64,000 bases of DNA from a virus (taxonomy: Duplodnaviria > Caudoviricetes). The translations under genes were made by a program, and so were the position numbers. Of the stretch, positions 41,865-52,058 are shown piece after piece (position 1 is the first letter of the stretch; every line of letters begins with the position of its first letter). The DNA is taken from the IMG/VR virus record IMGVR_UViG_3300012173_000004, positions 39,044 through 103,043 of that record; one strand, 5' to 3'. The notes below the pieces were generated by a model. The model was not told where the DNA came from. It was given only the letters and a program-made list of their open reading frames with translations, and ran no database searches.

Positions 41865-41960
41865 ATGAGTCACGCTTACAATAAGGCAAAGAAAGCGCGG
41901 CGAAAGGCTCGTCGTAAAACTTACAAACTAACGACCGCAAGGTTGTTCAAAAAGAAATAA
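41865..41960 (+). CDS. 31-aa Arg/Lys-rich peptide
   Basis: AAAGGA SD; MSHAYNKAKKARRKARRKTYKLTTARLFKKK. Confidence 0.55.
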   Translation: MSHAYNKAKKARRKARRKTYKLTTARLFKKK

Positions 41961-41969
41961 GGAGGACCC

Positions 41970-42800
41970 ATGTTAGATGACAAGCAAAGAGAATTGATTA
42001 GTTTTCCCTTCCACCGCTTGCCGCTCAAGGCCCGCGAACTAAATCTTGCAGCAGAATATGACATTGATCCAGAACTCGACGTAATCTGGAAACCTTCCGA
42101 CGGTAAGATATTGGGTGTACTGGAACAGAACCAGTACATGATTTCGCATCTGGAAGCAGTTGATCGTGTCGAGACTGCCCTTCAGAAAATGAACATTCAA
42201 GCCGAGGTTACAGATTTTAAGCTGCTCAACAATGGCGCGAGACTGTTTGTTCACTACCGCCCAGAGGGCTTCGTTAAGAACATTGCAGATAATCGCGATC
42301 CGGATGATAATATTTATCCGGAGTTGATTCTTCGCAATGGTTATGATGAGAAAACAGTCTTTGGCATCGAGTGGGGGCTTTGGCGTCAAGTCTGTACGAA
42401 CGGCGCCCGCGTTCATATCCAAGGTGAACGTATGACCAAACGAATCAGCATGGGTGACACTGATATTGATGTGCTCATGTCGCGAGTTCAAACCTTCGGT
42501 GAGAAAACGATCCACCAGGTTTGGGCACGCATCCAGGCAATGATTCTCAATGCAGATCCTGAGTTGCCGATTTCAACTCGCGCATGGTTTGCAGAGGTGG
42601 CCACACACAAATTGCTCGAAACCTTCGACGTTGAGTTAGCTCAAAAGAAGACGGAGAAGGCAAGCCAGGATCTCAATGAGTGGCAGATTTACAACATCGT
42701 CACTGCCGTGATTACCCATGCGATTGGCAGCTATCAACGTCGGCGCCATATGGACATGATCACGGCCAGGCGATTTAAGATTGCAGGCAATCTCCGTTAA
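41970..42800 (+). CDS. DUF932-like phage protein
   Basis: L.NGYD..F..GLWRQVCTNG..LNEWQIYN pattern. Confidence 0.65.
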   Translation: MLDDKQRELISFPFHRLPLKARELNLAAEYDIDPELDVIWKPSDGKILGVLEQNQYMISHLEAVDRVETALQKMNIQAEVTDFKLLNNGARLFVHYRPEGFVKNIADNRDPDDNIYPELILRNGYDEKTVFGIEWGLWRQVCTNGARVHIQGERMTKRISMGDTDIDVLMSRVQTFGEKTIHQVWARIQAMILNADPELPISTRAWFAEVATHKLLETFDVELAQKKTEKASQDLNEWQIYNIVTAVITHAIGSYQRRRHMDMITARRFKIAGNLR

Positions 42801-42834
42801 CTAATCTCCGCTTCGTGTTGATAAGTTAACGGTG

Positions 42835-42874
42835 GGACTGGGCGTCCACAGGTTTAGGCGTCCAGTCCCTTTGC
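42835..42874 (+). terminator. probable terminator
   Basis: GGGACTGG/CCAGTCCC stem followed by TTT. Confidence 0.6.
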
Positions 42875-42887
42875 TTATAGAGGTAAC

Positions 42888-43646
42888 ATGACTGAACAAC
42901 GATTTTTACGTTTGGAAAAGACAGAAGGCGTCTTTGGCCCTACCCTCCAAGGTGAAGGGGTCAACATTGGTATGCCTGTTAGTTTTGTGCGCCTCTATGG
43001 TTGCGACTTCCGGTGCAGCTGGTGCGACACACCTTTTTCCCTAGGCAAGGATAAGGGAGGTGAATGGTTACTGCTTAAAGCTGATGAAATCATCAGTCGT
43101 CTTGGTGAAATTGGTTGCAAGAATGTTGTCGTTTCCGGTGGCAATCCTCTCATACAACCTAAACCGGCTTTAGAAGAATTCTTTACTCGTCTCGTTGAAC
43201 GTGGATATTGGATTCAAGTTGAAACACAAGGTTCAATTTTCCCTTCACCTATTGTGTTACACATGACAGACTTCTGGTCATTATCACCAAAGCTCCCTTC
43301 AGCAGGAAAGATGGAATCTGAAAATTGGAAGGCTGTAAATACTTTCATCATAAAGGTTCCATCCAAAGCGTTGCAGCTGAAATTTGTAGTCTCAAATCTT
43401 GTGGATTACAATTATATCAAGATGCGTTTGGTATCTGATTTAGTAACAGAGCACCGCAACGTACCAATCATTTTACAGCCGGAGGGTATGCAGCTTGAAA
43501 AGTTTGATATCAACTACTATCGTAATCGCCTTGACTACCTTTGCGGTCTTGTTGGTAATGATCTGTCTTTTTGGGGAAATTACAAAGACGTACGAGTCTT
43601 ACCTCAACTCCACAAGGTAATTTGGGATATACAAAGAAAGCGCTAA
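42888..43646 (+). CDS. queE: 7-carboxy-7-deazaguanine synthase (radical SAM)
   Basis: GPTLQGEG, CDFRCSWCDT, SGGNP, VETQG, SPKL, PQLHK. Confidence 0.93.
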   Translation: MTEQRFLRLEKTEGVFGPTLQGEGVNIGMPVSFVRLYGCDFRCSWCDTPFSLGKDKGGEWLLLKADEIISRLGEIGCKNVVVSGGNPLIQPKPALEEFFTRLVERGYWIQVETQGSIFPSPIVLHMTDFWSLSPKLPSAGKMESENWKAVNTFIIKVPSKALQLKFVVSNLVDYNYIKMRLVSDLVTEHRNVPIILQPEGMQLEKFDINYYRNRLDYLCGLVGNDLSFWGNYKDVRVLPQLHKVIWDIQRKR

Positions 43647-44670
43647 TGAAAAGAGAAGAAGTCCCCTGCATTGTTTGTGGTACACTTACTTATGGTAAGT
43701 GTGGGGATACGCCTACTTGTTTTGAATGCTATGAAAGTGGACGACTATCAGAATGGTTTAAGGCAAGGGAAAAACAATGTATAGCATCCTCGCTCTTATC
43801 TACATAGGATGGCTATATGATTGGCGTCTCGCACTAGCTGCAGGGGTTATTATTCTTTGTGAGACACGCTTCATCCATAGGCAAATCGAATCTCTAGAAG
43901 TATTGATGCGTAAACTCGCTTATGATCCACCCTTCAAGAATATGAACCAGATTACTACAAATCAATACCACTCTTTAACCCAAGAACAGAAAGATGCTCA
44001 CCAAGAGTATTGGCACCAACATAATCCTGGTTGCGCCTGGTCTTCGTGTCCCGGTTGTGGTTTTCCCACACATAGAGGCATGATGTGTGGTCATCTTAGT
44101 TGTGGAAAGAAGTAGGTATTTATGAGGGGTAAAAAGGCCAAAGCATTACGCCGCCAAATTTACAAGGGCGGAGACTTTCGGGAGCGCGAGCTGTTTGGGA
44201 TTGATCGTTCCAGAATAGTTGCTGTCTTTGACAAAGATGGTAAAGAAAAGAATGTCAAGGTGCAACGTTTTCAAGCCGTAGCCGACGAATCCAGATTCAA
44301 GTATCAGCATGCTAAGAAATGAGCTGGACAGAACGATTACACAATTATTGCAGTTGTTTCGCACAGTTTCCGGGGCAACCATTTAACACACATTATTGCA
44401 ACGAAAAGTGTCCTGCGTTGCCTTTACGACGACAACTGCAGGAAAATGGGGCGCCTCAAAAATCTGTATTTACAGAGAATTTGATTTTAACAGGTGCATT
44501 CTCGCGCAAGGAAATTATTGGGATACTTGAACAGCTGTTTAAGATTCAGTATAATACAGCTTCAGGTAAGGTGGAAGCAGCACGTAGAAGTTTAAGATAC
44601 AAAAAATATAACGTGTTTAAAACCGATGATGGGCGACTTGTAGCACACAGAATATAAAGGAGACAGGAGA

Positions 44671-44997
44671 ATGGCACGACCTAAAGTTTACATTGTCAAC
44701 CAGGCAGGCCACGACTTCGAAGCTGCTAAACTTTTCGGTGATCTTGTTACCATAACCGAAGGTAATATTAACGTTTTTCGTCCCGATCGATCCTTGTTTA
44801 CAATCAAGCAGGCCCTGACAACTTTCGCAGAGAACGATTACTTGCTTCTTTCAGGCAATACCTTTGGCAATGCCCTTGCTGCTGTACAAGCCGCCAGTCT
44901 TGTTAAAGTGCTTAACATACTTGTGTATGATGCTAAAAACCAAAAGTATTTGCATCATAAACTCGACATTTGGAAGATGCTTTTTAAGAGGAGTTAA
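44671..44997 (+). CDS. hypothetical alpha/beta protein
   Basis: KVYIVN..HDF.AA.LFG.L..DYLLLSG; AGGAG SD. Confidence 0.6.
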   Translation: MARPKVYIVNQAGHDFEAAKLFGDLVTITEGNINVFRPDRSLFTIKQALTTFAENDYLLLSGNTFGNALAAVQAASLVKVLNILVYDAKNQKYLHHKLDIWKMLFKRS

Positions 44998-45583
44998 CTA
45001 TATTGCGTGTGTATTACCCAGTTACGGCTGCTGGATGCTTTGGAATTTAAACCAGGCTCTTAGAAAGGTGCCATAAAAGTTTTCAAAAGAAACTAATTTA
45101 TTCAATAAAGGAGATAGCTGTGACTAACAGGCCTACATGGGCAATTCGAAAGAATCGACGTTGGAAAGTAGTTACAAGTAATTTACAGTCGCAACTGCTA
45201 CCCAGTGAACGTTCTGGTATTGCTAACAGTGATTGTGGCACTACCATTCAATATAAAATTGGCAAGGTTAAACGTTCTCCTAACGGTGTTGATGTGGATA
45301 AGAACGTGACTTGTTCAAGAGGTATTCACGCATATACTTCACTAGAAAGTGCAATTTCTAATTGTCAACTAGGCATTTACGAAAAAATTCTTGTCGTGTA
45401 CGCACCCCGCTGGTACGGCAAGAAAACAAATTTTAGTGTCAGGACTCGCAAAGAAAGAGCATCCCAAATTTACGTGAGCAGTCTTTTGAAAAAATAGTAC
45501 TTGTAGCCATGGGTGTCTTTTAAAACTATCGGTTTGACAGGGAAGCGGAACTTTGCCGAGCCTATGGCTATTTAGGATGGTAT

Positions 45584-46645
45584 ATGAAAGTAGCCCAAAT
45601 TAGTGATGTGCACATTGACTACTATGCCACACGTCTAGGTGCCATGAAACTCGAAGATGGCATCAATGTGTACCACAAAGAACGCATGGCCCTTTTCCAG
45701 CGTATGATCAGTAGTATCATTACTGAAAAGGTTGACGTAATTGTCATCAGTGGTGATCTCCATAATAAGAGTAAACCAGCTCCCCAGGAATATGCTGATG
45801 TCTTTAACGTGCTAGACAGTGTACCGAATCACATACCGGTTCTTGTGATTCCCGGAAATCATGATGAAAAGACGTCTCGCGGTTGTGCACTGCAGCCTTT
45901 GATGGGCAGGCGTTCGCATATACTGGTGGCTCTGGAACCTCAGGTTGTTGAGTGGCAAGGTTTCAATTTCATGCTCATGCCTTGGGGGACACCAATTTCT
46001 ACTGTAAAGGATTGGTGTCACCAAGTTAACAACGGGCCTAAGATCTTAATATATCACACTGGTGTGATGAATGGAACTCTTAATTGGGGCGAGACCGTTG
46101 ATGAAGCAGCTACTTGTAACCTAAAGGATCTCGAAGAAACCAACTGTACAGCCGTATTACTAGGTCATTATCATGGACAAGGTCCACTAGATGATGCCAA
46201 AAGGATATGGTATGCAGGTTCCCCGGAATGTTTTAACTTCGGTGAAGCTGAACAGCAAAAGGGTTATCTCATTTGGGAATTTGTTCCCAACGGATTATCA
46301 AGTGTAACAACCCGCAGTAACACAGCTGTACCTGAATATACTACTCTTTCTCCAGAACAAATTTGGGACTGCCGGCCTGGTTATTCTTTTGGTGGTTACA
46401 TGCGCATCAAAGGTGAAGTAACTGAAGCAGAAAGAGCTCGTATTATTCAAATTATGAAGAGTATTAACTGTGCAGGCTACAAACTAGAATTAACTAGTAA
46501 GGAAAAGGCGCAGCGCGTTATCCAGGTATCGGGACGATCCAATCAAGAGATATTGGGCAATTATTTCACATCTAAGAAGATAACTGAAACATCTTCTTAC
46601 TTCGCTGTGGATGATGAAATCGAAAAGGAGATAGCCAGTGGATAG
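45584..46645 (+). CDS. sbcD: SbcD/Mre11-like nuclease
   Basis: SDVH, SGDL, PGNHD, LGHYH, YAGSP..FGE. Confidence 0.9.
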   Translation: MKVAQISDVHIDYYATRLGAMKLEDGINVYHKERMALFQRMISSIITEKVDVIVISGDLHNKSKPAPQEYADVFNVLDSVPNHIPVLVIPGNHDEKTSRGCALQPLMGRRSHILVALEPQVVEWQGFNFMLMPWGTPISTVKDWCHQVNNGPKILIYHTGVMNGTLNWGETVDEAATCNLKDLEETNCTAVLLGHYHGQGPLDDAKRIWYAGSPECFNFGEAEQQKGYLIWEFVPNGLSSVTTRSNTAVPEYTTLSPEQIWDCRPGYSFGGYMRIKGEVTEAERARIIQIMKSINCAGYKLELTSKEKAQRVIQVSGRSNQEILGNYFTSKKITETSSYFAVDDEIEKEIASG

Positions 46646-47231
46646 TATCATTGCAAACTACCGCGGACTTGCCAGAAAGATTCTTGAACAGCCTTACCAT
46701 CACAAGTGGTCCCGTCAAGGTTTGGGTATGTTACGCTTGTATCTTTCTAAAGAGCTTAGACTCCACGTCTGGCATGGAGAATTAATAACACCCAATGTTT
46801 CCATGATTCACGATCACCCCTGGGATTTTGAATCCACTATTCTAGCAGGCCAGATAAACAACATTCGTTATGTTCCTTCTCTTGAAGGAAACAATTATAT
46901 GTTTAACCGTATCATCTGTGGTGAAGGCGGCGGACTAGAACCTGAACTACCGCGTCAAGTTGTTATGGCTGAACAGCTTACAGAGCACTATTCCATGGGT
47001 TGTCGTTATGCACAGAAGGCTAAGGAAATACATAAGACAACTGCCCGCAATGGCACTATCACCATCATTGAACGTAAATTTTATGAAGACACGGAACATG
47101 CACATGTCTTTTGGGATGGTCCAGGTTGGGTATCAGCAGAGCCCCAGGTAGCAAATAGTATTCATGTTGAACTGGCTACTAAAGCAGCACTCTACGTAAT
47201 GGATCTGGAAGATGCTGCTTTGAAGAAATAA
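46638..47231 (+). CDS. cupin-fold-like hypothetical protein
   Basis: RLHVWH..IHDHPWDFES.IL.G..EIH. Confidence 0.55.
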   Translation: MDSIIANYRGLARKILEQPYHHKWSRQGLGMLRLYLSKELRLHVWHGELITPNVSMIHDHPWDFESTILAGQINNIRYVPSLEGNNYMFNRIICGEGGGLEPELPRQVVMAEQLTEHYSMGCRYAQKAKEIHKTTARNGTITIIERKFYEDTEHAHVFWDGPGWVSAEPQVANSIHVELATKAALYVMDLEDAALKK

Positions 47232-47232
47232 G

Positions 47233-48156
47233 ATGCCTAAGATTTGTTATACAGCACAAGCGTTCTCGGATTCTAGCTATGATATTATTGCTAAAGCTAA
47301 TGTTATTATAGCAGAATATTTGAGGCAGGGCTTTCGTTTAACATTGAGGCAGCTCTATTATCAATTTGTGGCCAGGGGATTGTTGCCGAACAAAATCAAT
47401 GAATACAAAAGACTTGGAAGCATTATTTCCAATGCCCGCCTGGCAGGCTGGATTGATTGGGAAGCTATTGAAGATAGAACCCGTAATCTTCGTGGATTAG
47501 CCACCTGGGAATCTCCAGGCGACATTATTGAGGACGCGGCAAACCAGTATAAGAATGATCTTTGGGCCAATCAAGAAAACCGGATCGAAGTCTGGATAGA
47601 AAAAGAAGCTTTATCCGGTGTATTTGAAAGAGTATGTAACCAAGAACGTGTTCCTTTCTTTTGTTGCCGGGGTTACACAAGTCAATCCGAAATGTGGTCT
47701 GCAGCTGTGCGACTGCAACGCCATGCTGACGGGGGTCAAGCTCCTATCATCTTACATTTCGGTGATCATGATCCCAGTGGAATAGACATGACGCGAGATA
47801 TTAAGGACCGCCTAGCTATCTTTGGATGTGATCTCCAGCTGGATAGGCTTGCGCTCAACATGGATCAAGTCAATAAGTACAATCCACCCCCTAACCCTGC
47901 TAAAGAAACAGACAGTCGTTTTCAGGCCTATATTCAAAGATTTGGAAGTGAGTCTTGGGAGTTAGATGCTCTTGAGCCACAACTTCTCGCTAATTTAGTT
48001 AGTCAAGCAGTTGCTGATTGTCGTGATCAAACAAGGTGGGAAGATGATCTTGCAAAAGAAGAAAGAGAGCGCAGTGACCTTAAACTTGTTAGTGCCAGGT
48101 GGCCGGCTATTAGCCGATACGTCAACAGGCACACTAAATCTGCTGGTGGCCAGTGA
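47233..48156 (+). CDS. Topo VI-A/Spo11-like wHTH-toprim protein
   Basis: LRQLYY, IEVWIEKEAL, RGY.S, GDHDPSG, ELDAL. Confidence 0.75.
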   Translation: MPKICYTAQAFSDSSYDIIAKANVIIAEYLRQGFRLTLRQLYYQFVARGLLPNKINEYKRLGSIISNARLAGWIDWEAIEDRTRNLRGLATWESPGDIIEDAANQYKNDLWANQENRIEVWIEKEALSGVFERVCNQERVPFFCCRGYTSQSEMWSAAVRLQRHADGGQAPIILHFGDHDPSGIDMTRDIKDRLAIFGCDLQLDRLALNMDQVNKYNPPPNPAKETDSRFQAYIQRFGSESWELDALEPQLLANLVSQAVADCRDQTRWEDDLAKEERERSDLKLVSARWPAISRYVNRHTKSAGGQ

Positions 48157-48333
48157 AATACACTATGGGAGAACAAGAGCAGCTAGCAAGGAAAGGTTAT
48201 ATCACGTACTATCCCTCCAAGATTCTGTTATTTCCCACGCTAGACCCGTTACCCATTCAGAAACAATCCGACGAGTCTGTGAATTCCTTAGGCGCCAGGG
48301 CTTACCACCAGTTATGAAGGACACAAAGAAATA

Positions 48334-48915
48334 ATGAATCTTAAAGAAGAACTCACCAAAGCCAAGGAAGAACTATGTGCCGCCCATAAACTTTGGGAAC
48401 AGAGTCCACATTACATTGCCGCCGTTGCTAACGTTGATCTCATAGCGAAGCAGGAAAAGGAAAGGTATAAGTCTGAAGTGGCCGCTGCTGAAAAGAAGTA
48501 CAATGATTTGTTTGCGCAATACAATGAGAAAGAAAAACAACCTGATTTACCCACAGAAGTTAAGCAGCTCTTCGAAGCAATGCGATCTGGCGTAGACTGG
48601 GGGCCAGTTGATTTTCGTCTTCGCTATGAATCAGAAGATAAGCGCTTTGTTATCATAACTATACCTGGAGCACAGTACTGGTATAGTTATGGTGCTTCCC
48701 AATATGGTAATACCCGGCACTATCTGGTGGATTTACAAGCAGTGAATTACTGGAAAGAACACCACAAATTAATTGACGGCAGTTCTCTTCTTAACCACGC
48801 TACTATCGCGGGTGCTGAAGGCCGTTTAAGTAAGATGATTCAAGATGGTTGGATTCTCATGACCCAACAGATGACTAAAACACACTATGCGCCCCCTAAA
48901 GATAAAGACGATTAA
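48334..48915 (+). CDS. hypothetical protein
   Basis: ORF track; coiled-coil N-terminus. Confidence 0.55.
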   Translation: MNLKEELTKAKEELCAAHKLWEQSPHYIAAVANVDLIAKQEKERYKSEVAAAEKKYNDLFAQYNEKEKQPDLPTEVKQLFEAMRSGVDWGPVDFRLRYESEDKRFVIITIPGAQYWYSYGASQYGNTRHYLVDLQAVNYWKEHHKLIDGSSLLNHATIAGAEGRLSKMIQDGWILMTQQMTKTHYAPPKDKDD

Positions 48916-51043
48916 CTTTCTACCATTTCTTGGTCAACGTGAATTAGATTTAACTGGTGTGCGCCAGGCTATCATTCACGGGCCAAACGAAATAGGTAAG
49001 AGTTCATTCTTCATTGATACCATTTTATTTGCTCTTCAAGGTCAGGCTCGCAAGCGACCCGAAGGCTTGATCAATGATCAAGCTGACACTTGTACTGTTG
49101 AATTTACCTTTGAACATAGAGGTAAAACTTACACAGTTACTCGTATTGCCACAAGAGATAAACCTAATGTTTTAAAACTGCACGACGGCCAGAATGATCT
49201 TTCTGAGCGTCTACTTACCAACACCCAAAAACGCCTAGATCTTATCCTGGGCTTCAGCCCAGATCTCTTATTGGCGACAGCTGTTTCACCACAGGATGAG
49301 ATCAATTCTTTTTGTAAGATGTCACCCACAGATCGTGAGCGTATTTTTTCCGAGATGTTGACATTAGGCATTTGGGAAGAAAAGCGTAAGGCCATTAATA
49401 AGCGCCTGCTCAATCTTAGGGACAATGACCAAGCCATCGCAGATAAAGTCTTGGCCATTGATGGTGATCAGAAGGCCCTGATAGGTGTTAATGAAGATGT
49501 TGCTATTAATGAGCATAAGTTATTAGAGCTGGCGTCAGAAGTTGATGCCCTTGAAAAACAGCGTCCTGTGTTTGAAAATGCTTTGACTAAGGCACGTGCC
49601 TATGAAGAACAGCAGAGGAGTCTAAATAGTTTGATGTCGCAACTATTTAAGACTCAAACTGAACTTGATACACTGAGAGATGTTCGGGATCCTGTTGTAC
49701 TTAATACGCAGATCGACCTTTTAAAAAGGGAACATGCTTCGTTTGATACTCTCGATACTCCTGAAATTAAGGCCATACGTGAGGAAATAATTGAGACAAC
49801 AGTACTCTATGAAGCTGCCAAGAAACAGAAAACAGAGATTAACACAAAGCTTTCAGCCTTGGCGCAACAAGAAGTGCAATTAAAGACGCACGCCAGCCAG
49901 ATACCGCAAACGCTGATAATGCAAGAAGTTCCGTGTGTTAAGTATCCAGATATTAACGAAGCGTGTAAGCTTCTGGCTCATGCACGTCAAGCTCGCGACA
50001 AGATCGCAAAATTCGTCATTGATAATAAGTGGCAAACTATCGAGCATGGGGCTAGTATCATTGAACAAGCACAACTTGAACTAAGAGAGGAATTGAAGCT
50101 GTACGACGAAGCTTCCGCCAATTTCCCTGGACAGCTGGCAGGACTTCGTAATGATATCAGTAGGATAGAACGTGATCATACAGCAAACCATAACTTAATA
50201 GGAAACAAGATAGCTACTTTTGAACTTGAACTGTCATCCTGTAAACGTAAGGAGGTCTTAGAAAAGCAATGCGTAGATCTAAAAGACCAACACACCTCCT
50301 TGCAACTACAGTTGGCAGGCCCCGAACTATCAATTACAGCCGCCAAGGCCGCTTACGAACAGTTCGATCAAAAGTGCACTACGCTAGCAAAGGCCTACAA
50401 TACATTAGAAGGGGTGAATCAAGGACTTGCTGCAAAAGTGACACTGCTTAAACAACAGGTAGCCAAAGGCCTTGAATCCCTCGTAGAACTTCGCAAATCT
50501 CAAGAGAAAATAGCCGTGTATCGTACGTTGCATTCAGCGTACACTGAAATTCCGTCCCTTCTATTTTCTGAGATGATGCCTCAGGTAGAACAATATGCCA
50601 ATGAAGTCATCAGCCGAGTATCACCGGGTAAGCGCCTATTTCTTCGACCCTTTAAGGAAACAAAATCTGACACTATCAAGCGTACTCTCGATATCATTAG
50701 CACGACTGCTACTGGCATGCGGGAATTTGAAGAGTTATCAGGGTCTGCCAAATTCAGACAAAGCCTAGCAATACGAATTGCACTATCACGTGTTGCGTCT
50801 GAGTTATATGGTGCGCCCATCAATCTCTTTATCATTGATGAGGGATTTGGTTCACTTGACACTAATAACACTCAACTAGTAAAGCACACACTAAGACGCA
50901 TAGCGCCACTTTTTGACTTATTTTTAGTAATCACTCACGTCGACGATTTAAAGGACACATTTCCAACACTGATTAGTGTTAACACAAATTCGATCACTAT
51001 GCACACGCAAGAAGTATCAAGTGAGGTTCCAATTGACGACTGA
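48887..51043 (+). CDS. sbcC: SbcC/Rad50-like ATPase
   Basis: GPNEIGKSS, long coiled coil, LSGSAK, IDEGFGSLD, VITH. Confidence 0.9.
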   Translation: MRPLKIKTINFLPFLGQRELDLTGVRQAIIHGPNEIGKSSFFIDTILFALQGQARKRPEGLINDQADTCTVEFTFEHRGKTYTVTRIATRDKPNVLKLHDGQNDLSERLLTNTQKRLDLILGFSPDLLLATAVSPQDEINSFCKMSPTDRERIFSEMLTLGIWEEKRKAINKRLLNLRDNDQAIADKVLAIDGDQKALIGVNEDVAINEHKLLELASEVDALEKQRPVFENALTKARAYEEQQRSLNSLMSQLFKTQTELDTLRDVRDPVVLNTQIDLLKREHASFDTLDTPEIKAIREEIIETTVLYEAAKKQKTEINTKLSALAQQEVQLKTHASQIPQTLIMQEVPCVKYPDINEACKLLAHARQARDKIAKFVIDNKWQTIEHGASIIEQAQLELREELKLYDEASANFPGQLAGLRNDISRIERDHTANHNLIGNKIATFELELSSCKRKEVLEKQCVDLKDQHTSLQLQLAGPELSITAAKAAYEQFDQKCTTLAKAYNTLEGVNQGLAAKVTLLKQQVAKGLESLVELRKSQEKIAVYRTLHSAYTEIPSLLFSEMMPQVEQYANEVISRVSPGKRLFLRPFKETKSDTIKRTLDIISTTATGMREFEELSGSAKFRQSLAIRIALSRVASELYGAPINLFIIDEGFGSLDTNNTQLVKHTLRRIAPLFDLFLVITHVDDLKDTFPTLISVNTNSITMHTQEVSSEVPIDD

Positions 51044-51101
51044 GAGTTCTGAGGGATCTTCCCAAAAACCTGATTCCACGGCAACGGTAGTTATTCAGTT
51101 A

Positions 51102-51590
51102 ATGTCATTGGATGATCCCAATGATGCATTAGAGTATTATGAACAATTTCGAAAGACAGAACTTGATCCTGAAATCGAATTGTGGTTTGCTGTCTTGACT
51201 GAAGCATTTGATAACTATAAAGAATTTATTGACCAAATTACACCAGCGAAGACGAAAAAGTTCAAAGAAGTTTTTGATTGGATATTCAACGAACATGACG
51301 AACCGTTCATAGGGGCGTTCGAAAATGTTTGTTTGATATTAAACTTAGAACCTAATGCAGTTCGTCGTGAGATCAGTAACTTCACCAAGAAACACTACAC
51401 AGCAAAACAATTGCCTGAAATTGGCATGGAATTCTGCAAGTCCCTGGATCCCATGTTACTCAATCCTGATAGTATGTACGTATCAAAGGTAGGCGTCACC
51501 TTGGGTTTTGACATTCGTTACTTAATAGAAAGTGACTCAACATATCGTATTGAGTTACCCTATTACGTACCAGTTAAGGATCTCATATAA
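51102..51590 (+). CDS. helical hypothetical protein, possible regulator
   Basis: PE..LW.AVL.EA..W..FENVC..L.L.P..VR pattern; start uncertain. Confidence 0.55.
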   Translation: MSLDDPNDALEYYEQFRKTELDPEIELWFAVLTEAFDNYKEFIDQITPAKTKKFKEVFDWIFNEHDEPFIGAFENVCLILNLEPNAVRREISNFTKKHYTAKQLPEIGMEFCKSLDPMLLNPDSMYVSKVGVTLGFDIRYLIESDSTYRIELPYYVPVKDLI

Positions 51591-51602
51591 GTAAGGATCG
51601 CC

Positions 51603-52058
51603 ATGTACACAATTGAAAAAGATATTAGTTGGGAAATGGGCCACAGGCTTACACACCATGAAGGTAAGTGCTTTAATTTACACGGCCATTCCTACCGTGC
51701 AGTCATTACGTTGAGTGCTGAAAAACTCGACAAGAATGGTATGGTCGTTGACTTCTACCATTTCAAAAAGGTCAAAGATTACATTGATAAATACTGGGAT
51801 CATGCCCTAATGCTTAACATGGAGGATCCTATCGTAGCTGTTATTAATACTAGAAAAATGTTTAACGTGCTTAAGCGCAACCTTAAATTGTGCCTAGTGA
51901 ATGAAGACCCCACCGCAGAAAACATTGCAAGGTGTCTGGCAGATGTAACACGTAGTTTACTGGATCAAGAGATGGGAGATCATGCTTCAGTGACGAGTGT
52001 CACTGTATACGAGACGGCGACGAGTTCTGCAACTTATGTGAAAGAAGGATTTCTATAA
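51603..52058 (+). CDS. queD: 6-carboxytetrahydropterin synthase
   Basis: GHRL..H.GKC.NLHGHSY, GMVVDF, WDH, PTAEN, YET. Confidence 0.93.
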   Translation: MYTIEKDISWEMGHRLTHHEGKCFNLHGHSYRAVITLSAEKLDKNGMVVDFYHFKKVKDYIDKYWDHALMLNMEDPIVAVINTRKMFNVLKRNLKLCLVNEDPTAENIARCLADVTRSLLDQEMGDHASVTSVTVYETATSSATYVKEGFL

